Part shown: positions 33,304 to 36,376 of the stretch, one piece after another
Layout: each line of letters begins with the position of its first letter
How positions within the stretch are numbered: position 1 is the stretch's first letter
Position numbers and translations under genes: made by a program
The notes under the pieces: generated by a model
Databases searched by the model: none
Told to the model about the DNA's origin: nothing
The model's input: only the letters and a program-made list of their open reading frames with translations
IMG/VR virus record: IMGVR_UViG_3300044454_000033
Location: 1-36,376 of that record
From: a virus
Taxonomy: Duplodnaviria > Caudoviricetes
DNA: 36,376 nt
Direction: 5' to 3' (one strand)

Positions 33304-33329
33304 CACAACCTGAAAGGTTAAGGTATAAT
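33300..33329 (+). promoter_or_regulatory. Consensus sigma70 promoter TTGACA-N18-TATAAT with operator AACCT-GAA-AGGTT (33307-33319) in its spacer
   Basis: Both hexamers perfect; a second site AACTT-TAC-AGGTT lies at 33269-33281. Confidence 0.88.
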
Positions 33330-33385
33330 AGAAGTAGGATGGATGATGTGCTGGACGCTGCGAAGCGAGCAGATCAACCCACCCG

Positions 33386-33403
33386 GTGTATGCATGCATA
33401 CAC
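33386..33403. repeat. 18-bp palindrome copy 4
   Basis: Exact match. Confidence 0.95.
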
Positions 33404-33838
33404 ACAATTCGGCAGATACGAAGTCAGGCAAGGCAGCAGAGCAGCACCAACGTACGGTTGTGCAGCGGGTGGATCGGGCATTGGCAAGGGACACGGGAAC
33501 AAGCGAGCGGCAGACACTGGTACATGAACCCCAGTCGAGCATGCTCCAATCCGACTGTCCTGCACCCTTGATAACATGCTGCACCGTTGGTGATGCGAAG
33601 TTACCGAGCCTGACGGGTGGTAGGGGATAGGCAGGGCGTGTGATCGCACGTCGTGACGCCAGAAGCTACCGGCAGGCATGTGGATGAGGCCCCACATGCG
33701 TGCTTACACTATGATCCGTCCATCGTACTTGGGTCACGCACGACAACACGCCATGGCGCTACTGCGCTCAACCAACATGCTCAGCGTGAGTGCTAATGCC
33801 CGGTACGATGTTACGACAGCCCGATTGGGCTGTGCGAT

Positions 33839-33856
33839 GTGTATGCGTGCATACAC
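33839..33856. repeat. 18-bp palindrome copy 5 (GTGTATGCGTGCATACAC, one central A>G)
   Basis: 17/18 match; the change keeps purine-pyrimidine alternation; 34 nt before ATG 33891. Confidence 0.9.
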
Positions 33857-33890
33857 AGCGTCGAGTCCAATCAACCAAGAGAGGTAACCC

Positions 33891-34304
33891 ATGGCAATGT
33901 TCACACTGATCGAAATCAACGGCGACCATCTAAGTGATCTGGAGCGTACGACCCCGGAAGTTGGAGAGGCTATTGCTGCCATCGTACGCAACACGTACAA
34001 CGCGCCGCGTGTGCTCGAAGAGTTCGACCTGTACCGCGCGATTCGCGTGGTGGGGCAGAGCGGCGAGCGGTACGAGACGCGTGCCGAGTTCAACGTGCGC
34101 GAGGACGAGAGGGTCGAATCTGTGCTGCGTACGGATGGAGTCAAGATCAACCCGCCGCCCGAGACGCCCATGCTGTATGCGTTGCAGATCAACAATCTCA
34201 CCAAGGACGTGAGCATACTGACGCGGCAGATGCAGAGCATAAGCAATCGCGTCGATGAGGTGGCGCGGCGCGTGTCGGCACTGGAGCAGTGGAGGAAGGC
34301 GTGA
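33891..34304 (+). CDS. Hypothetical protein with a C-terminal coiled coil (137 aa)
   Basis: GAGAGGT RBS; good codon usage. Confidence 0.85.
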   Translation: MAMFTLIEINGDHLSDLERTTPEVGEAIAAIVRNTYNAPRVLEEFDLYRAIRVVGQSGERYETRAEFNVREDERVESVLRTDGVKINPPPETPMLYALQINNLTKDVSILTRQMQSISNRVDEVARRVSALEQWRKA

Positions 34305-34414
34305 AACAAGCGAAGGGTCCACGCAGGTGGTCGGCGCTGGCGCGTGCGTTGTCTGGCTGGCAACTTTACAAGCAACTGCGGCGTGTGCGTAAGCACACAG
34401 GAGGTTGGTCATGA
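34301..34414 (+). CDS. Small basic peptide (37 aa, MKQAKGPRRWSALARALSGWQLYKQLRRVRKHTGGWS), not in the ORF track
   Basis: GGAGG RBS, GTGA coupling at the start and ATGA coupling at the end. Confidence 0.65.
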   Translation: MKQAKGPRRWSALARALSGWQLYKQLRRVRKHTGGWS

Positions 34415-34656
34415 TCCGCAATACGAATGGTGACGTGTTGCACGTCACACCGTGCAAGATCGTACCCGTGCGCCGAGGCACGGGACCGAAGGCGTGCATC
34501 AAGAAGTTCCTTGCTGCGTACGATGCGTGGTGCAAGTACCGGCGCGAAAACGATCCGAACGAATGGGGCGACGAAGAGCTGGAAGAGGACGACCGGCTGT
34601 ACGAAGCGATGCAGGCTGCACGCGCCGAAGTCAAGGGCGTGATGGGTGCGGTATGA
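34411..34656 (+). CDS. Hypothetical protein (81 aa) with an acidic C-terminal patch
   Basis: AGGAGG RBS before ATG 34411; ATGA coupling downstream. Confidence 0.8.
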   Translation: MIRNTNGDVLHVTPCKIVPVRRGTGPKACIKKFLAAYDAWCKYRRENDPNEWGDEELEEDDRLYEAMQAARAEVKGVMGAV

Positions 34657-35045
34657 ACATCAACGTGCTAATCGGCAAGACACTCACGCACGTCGAGCGC
34701 ATCGGCGACGAAGAGATCATCTTCACCACAATCGAAGGTGATAGGTACCGCATGTTTCACCATCACGATTGCTGTGAGTCGGTGACCATAACGGAAATCG
34801 CGGGGGATTTGCAGGGGTTGGTGGGCTTTCCTATCCATGTTGCCGAAGAACGCTCAGAGCATGCGGAAGGCAAGCCCTTGTATGACGACAACGGCATGTG
34901 CACCAATCCCAAAGAGAACTTCGAGTCGCGCACATGGACGTTCTACGTTCTCGCTAATCTTCGCGGGTATGTGGACATTCGGTGGACGGGTGACTCGAAT
35001 GGGTACTATTCCGAGTCGGTTGACTTTGAAAAGATGGAGGACTGA
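34653..35045 (+). CDS. Conserved phage protein of unknown function with DCCE...TWTFY...W.G.SNGYYSE motifs (130 aa)
   Basis: Motif set recognised from a widespread phage DUF family; ATGA coupling. Confidence 0.85.
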   Translation: MNINVLIGKTLTHVERIGDEEIIFTTIEGDRYRMFHHHDCCESVTITEIAGDLQGLVGFPIHVAEERSEHAEGKPLYDDNGMCTNPKENFESRTWTFYVLANLRGYVDIRWTGDSNGYYSESVDFEKMED

Positions 35046-35046
35046 C

Positions 35047-35202
35047 ATGAAAACTCTGTACGCGTGGTGGCTGGGATTCATCGAGCACATCAACGGGGAG
35101 TCCGACTGTGGGCGTACGTGGCCCGACGATCAGGACTGCAACGAAGCGTACGACCGTGGTTGGAACTTCGCTGACTTTATCAGGAGACGAAGCAATGGCT
35201 AA
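35047..35202 (+). CDS. Small hypothetical protein (51 aa, MKTLYAWWLG...)
   Basis: GGAGG RBS; overlaps the next start. Confidence 0.7.
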   Translation: MKTLYAWWLGFIEHINGESDCGRTWPDDQDCNEAYDRGWNFADFIRRRSNG

Positions 35203-35647
35203 CAACACAGCAATCACACCCGAGGTGGTAATGCGCGCGGCGTGCACGAACGTGCAACACGCGCTGCGCAACGGCATCGGCATGCTCAATGCCGAGGTGT
35301 ATTACAGGGGCGAAGCGGATGGCATCTTCGAGTTCGAAATCAGGCCGACCATCGGCTACATGCGGCAGTTCTTCGTGCAACAGCAGGAGCGCACATATGC
35401 AACAGCCACGTTGCTGCGCAGCAGGGAGCACAAGCGCATGGCGTGGGTGTCGCACGCTATCGTGCAGAAGGACGGTGGCAGATGGGACCCGCCCTACGAG
35501 GAAGAGGAAGAGGTGGCCGAGTCGCCGACAGTCGAGGGCGCACTGATCGAGTCGGTGCTTGTCTATTTCCGCAATGCGATGTACGATTGCCAGCCGTACA
35601 TCGAACCGAACATCAACATCGATAAGGAAGGAGACGTGCCGCAATGA
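35195..35647 (+). CDS. Hypothetical protein (150 aa, MANNTAITPE...)
   Basis: CAGGAG RBS before ATG 35195. Confidence 0.8.
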   Translation: MANNTAITPEVVMRAACTNVQHALRNGIGMLNAEVYYRGEADGIFEFEIRPTIGYMRQFFVQQQERTYATATLLRSREHKRMAWVSHAIVQKDGGRWDPPYEEEEEVAESPTVEGALIESVLVYFRNAMYDCQPYIEPNINIDKEGDVPQ

Positions 35648-35883
35648 GTGACTACTTCTTGGTGGGATCGTACAAGCACGCGCCGTCGCGTGGGGAATTC
35701 ATCGGCTGCGTGGTCAAGCAGCAGGGCAAGGAGTTGACCGTGCTCACGGTTGGATGCGAGGGCACGGAGCACGCCATACTGGAGTGGATCAAGGAGACCA
35801 TCAAGCTGATGCGCGAGGCTGGGCGCACGGATGTGCAAGCGCCCGACATGTACGACCGGCTGCGCGCCACACCCCCGCACTAG
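35644..35883 (+). CDS. Hypothetical protein (79 aa)
   Basis: AAGGAG RBS, ATGA coupling. Confidence 0.8.
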   Translation: MSDYFLVGSYKHAPSRGEFIGCVVKQQGKELTVLTVGCEGTEHAILEWIKETIKLMREAGRTDVQAPDMYDRLRATPPH

Positions 35884-35900
35884 GGACTGTAGTTGTGCCT

Positions 35901-35918
35901 GTGTATGCATGCATACAC
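35901..35918. repeat. 18-bp palindrome copy 6, preceded by GGGACTGTAGT (35883-35893)
   Basis: Exact; the two motifs occupy about half of a 55-bp intergenic gap in an otherwise coupled operon. Confidence 0.95.
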
Positions 35919-35938
35919 TCAACCATAAGGGGAGACTT

Positions 35939-36175
35939 ATGGTGCAAGACCGTAAGGGGTGGATACACCCACCGTACCACCCAAGCAACGACGACTTTCC
36001 GACCGTGCCCACACTACCACCCCCACCGGAGGTAGTGACGGACGCATTGCCACCAGAGTACCAGCATGCGTGGCGTGTGTGGGCAAACACGTTGTTCTTG
36101 TCGGGCGGCGACCGTGCAGAAGCCGACCGTGCGTATGAAGCTGCACTCAACCGAAAGAGAAGGAGCAAACCATGA
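35939..36175 (+). CDS. Pro-rich hypothetical protein (78 aa, MVQDRKGWIH...)
   Basis: AAGGGGAG RBS before ATG 35939. Confidence 0.7.
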   Translation: MVQDRKGWIHPPYHPSNDDFPTVPTLPPPPEVVTDALPPEYQHAWRVWANTLFLSGGDRAEADRAYEAALNRKRRSKP

Positions 36176-36376
36176 GCGATAAGATGCGCGGCCACATCAT
36201 GCTGGCCAGTATGTCGATGGGGTTGTGGGAAGGACGCAAGAACGACCGTAAGTCGGCGGCGAAGATCGAGACGGAGAACAGTGCCAAGACGGGCACGACC
36301 AGCGCGGCCAAGCACTTGGCTGCGGGCTGCGCCGAGCACGATGCGATCAAGAAGTACGCAGCGATGACGCGTGTGT
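36172..36376 (+). CDS. 5' part of a DUF3150-like phage protein (MSDKMRGHIMLASMSMGLWEGRKNDRK...KHL...), truncated by the window edge
   Basis: AAGGAG RBS, ATGA coupling, frame open to the end; ML......W.GRK.D...KHL pattern. Confidence 0.65.
   Translation, partial: MSDKMRGHIMLASMSMGLWEGRKNDRKSAAKIETENSAKTGTTSAAKHLAAGCAEHDAIKKYAAMTRV

Larger units (their letters stand above)
33335..33880 (+). ncRNA. Candidate structured non-coding RNA or long leader
   Basis: Directly behind the consensus promoter; no ORF with a good RBS until 33891; multiple hairpins; bracketed by palindrome copies 4 and 5. Confidence 0.3.

Noticed and set aside
8617-35647. Longest-ORF starts in the track (9354, 21743, 29009, 29307, 29852, 30446, 30715, 31574, 32449, 34452, 34837, 35108)
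   Set aside because: They overlap neighbouring genes or promoters; downstream starts with an RBS or stop-start coupling were chosen instead.
30601-35918. The 18-bp palindromes as a CRISPR array or mini-array
   Set aside because: Spacing is irregular (145 bp to about 2 kb) with whole genes between copies; the repeat is too short; no cas genes.
31258-36350. Minus-strand ORFs over the early arm (e.g. 31316-32170, 33734-34396, 35563-36339) and ORFs reading CMHAYT/VYACIH
   Set aside because: They oppose well-supported plus-strand genes. The recurring peptide is only the translation of the DNA palindrome in several frames, which points to a nucleic-acid-level element.
1-36376. tRNA, rRNA, integrase, transposase or intron
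   Set aside because: None recognised by eye; terL, portal and capsid genes are uninterrupted. Lifestyle cannot be determined from this window.

Overview
A 36 kb segment of a GC-rich, podovirus-like tailed dsDNA phage (probably infecting a proteobacterium), arranged as two divergent arms. The minus-strand arm (about 1-30410) is the late operon. In transcription order it holds a Zn-finger gene, terS, three inserted small genes including a clear Acb2 anti-CBASS sponge, terL, portal, scaffold, N4-gp56-type major capsid protein, head accessory proteins, adaptor, two ejection proteins (one of 2303 aa with HEXXH and PLxRFG-like motifs), a lysis module with an in-frame lysozyme-holin fusion, and a fibre cluster with three paralogous 20-23 aa repeat proteins. 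The plus-strand arm (30760-end) is an early region of small hypothetical genes driven by sigma70-type promoters. The most unusual signals are: (1) six copies of the 18-bp alternating purine-pyrimidine palindrome GTGTATGCATGCATACAC with a companion GGGACTGTAGT motif, in intergenic DNA of the early arm; (2) an AACCT-N3-AGGTT operator-like motif at both early and late promoters; (3) a 42-aa Lys-rich ORF with its own RBS overprinted inside the giant ejection gene; (4) the endolysin-holin fusion with an internal start; (5) acb2 placed between terS and terL; (6) a hairpin-rich, ORF-poor stretch of about 550 nt behind a consensus promoter. Family assignments come from motif recognition by eye; no database search was run.
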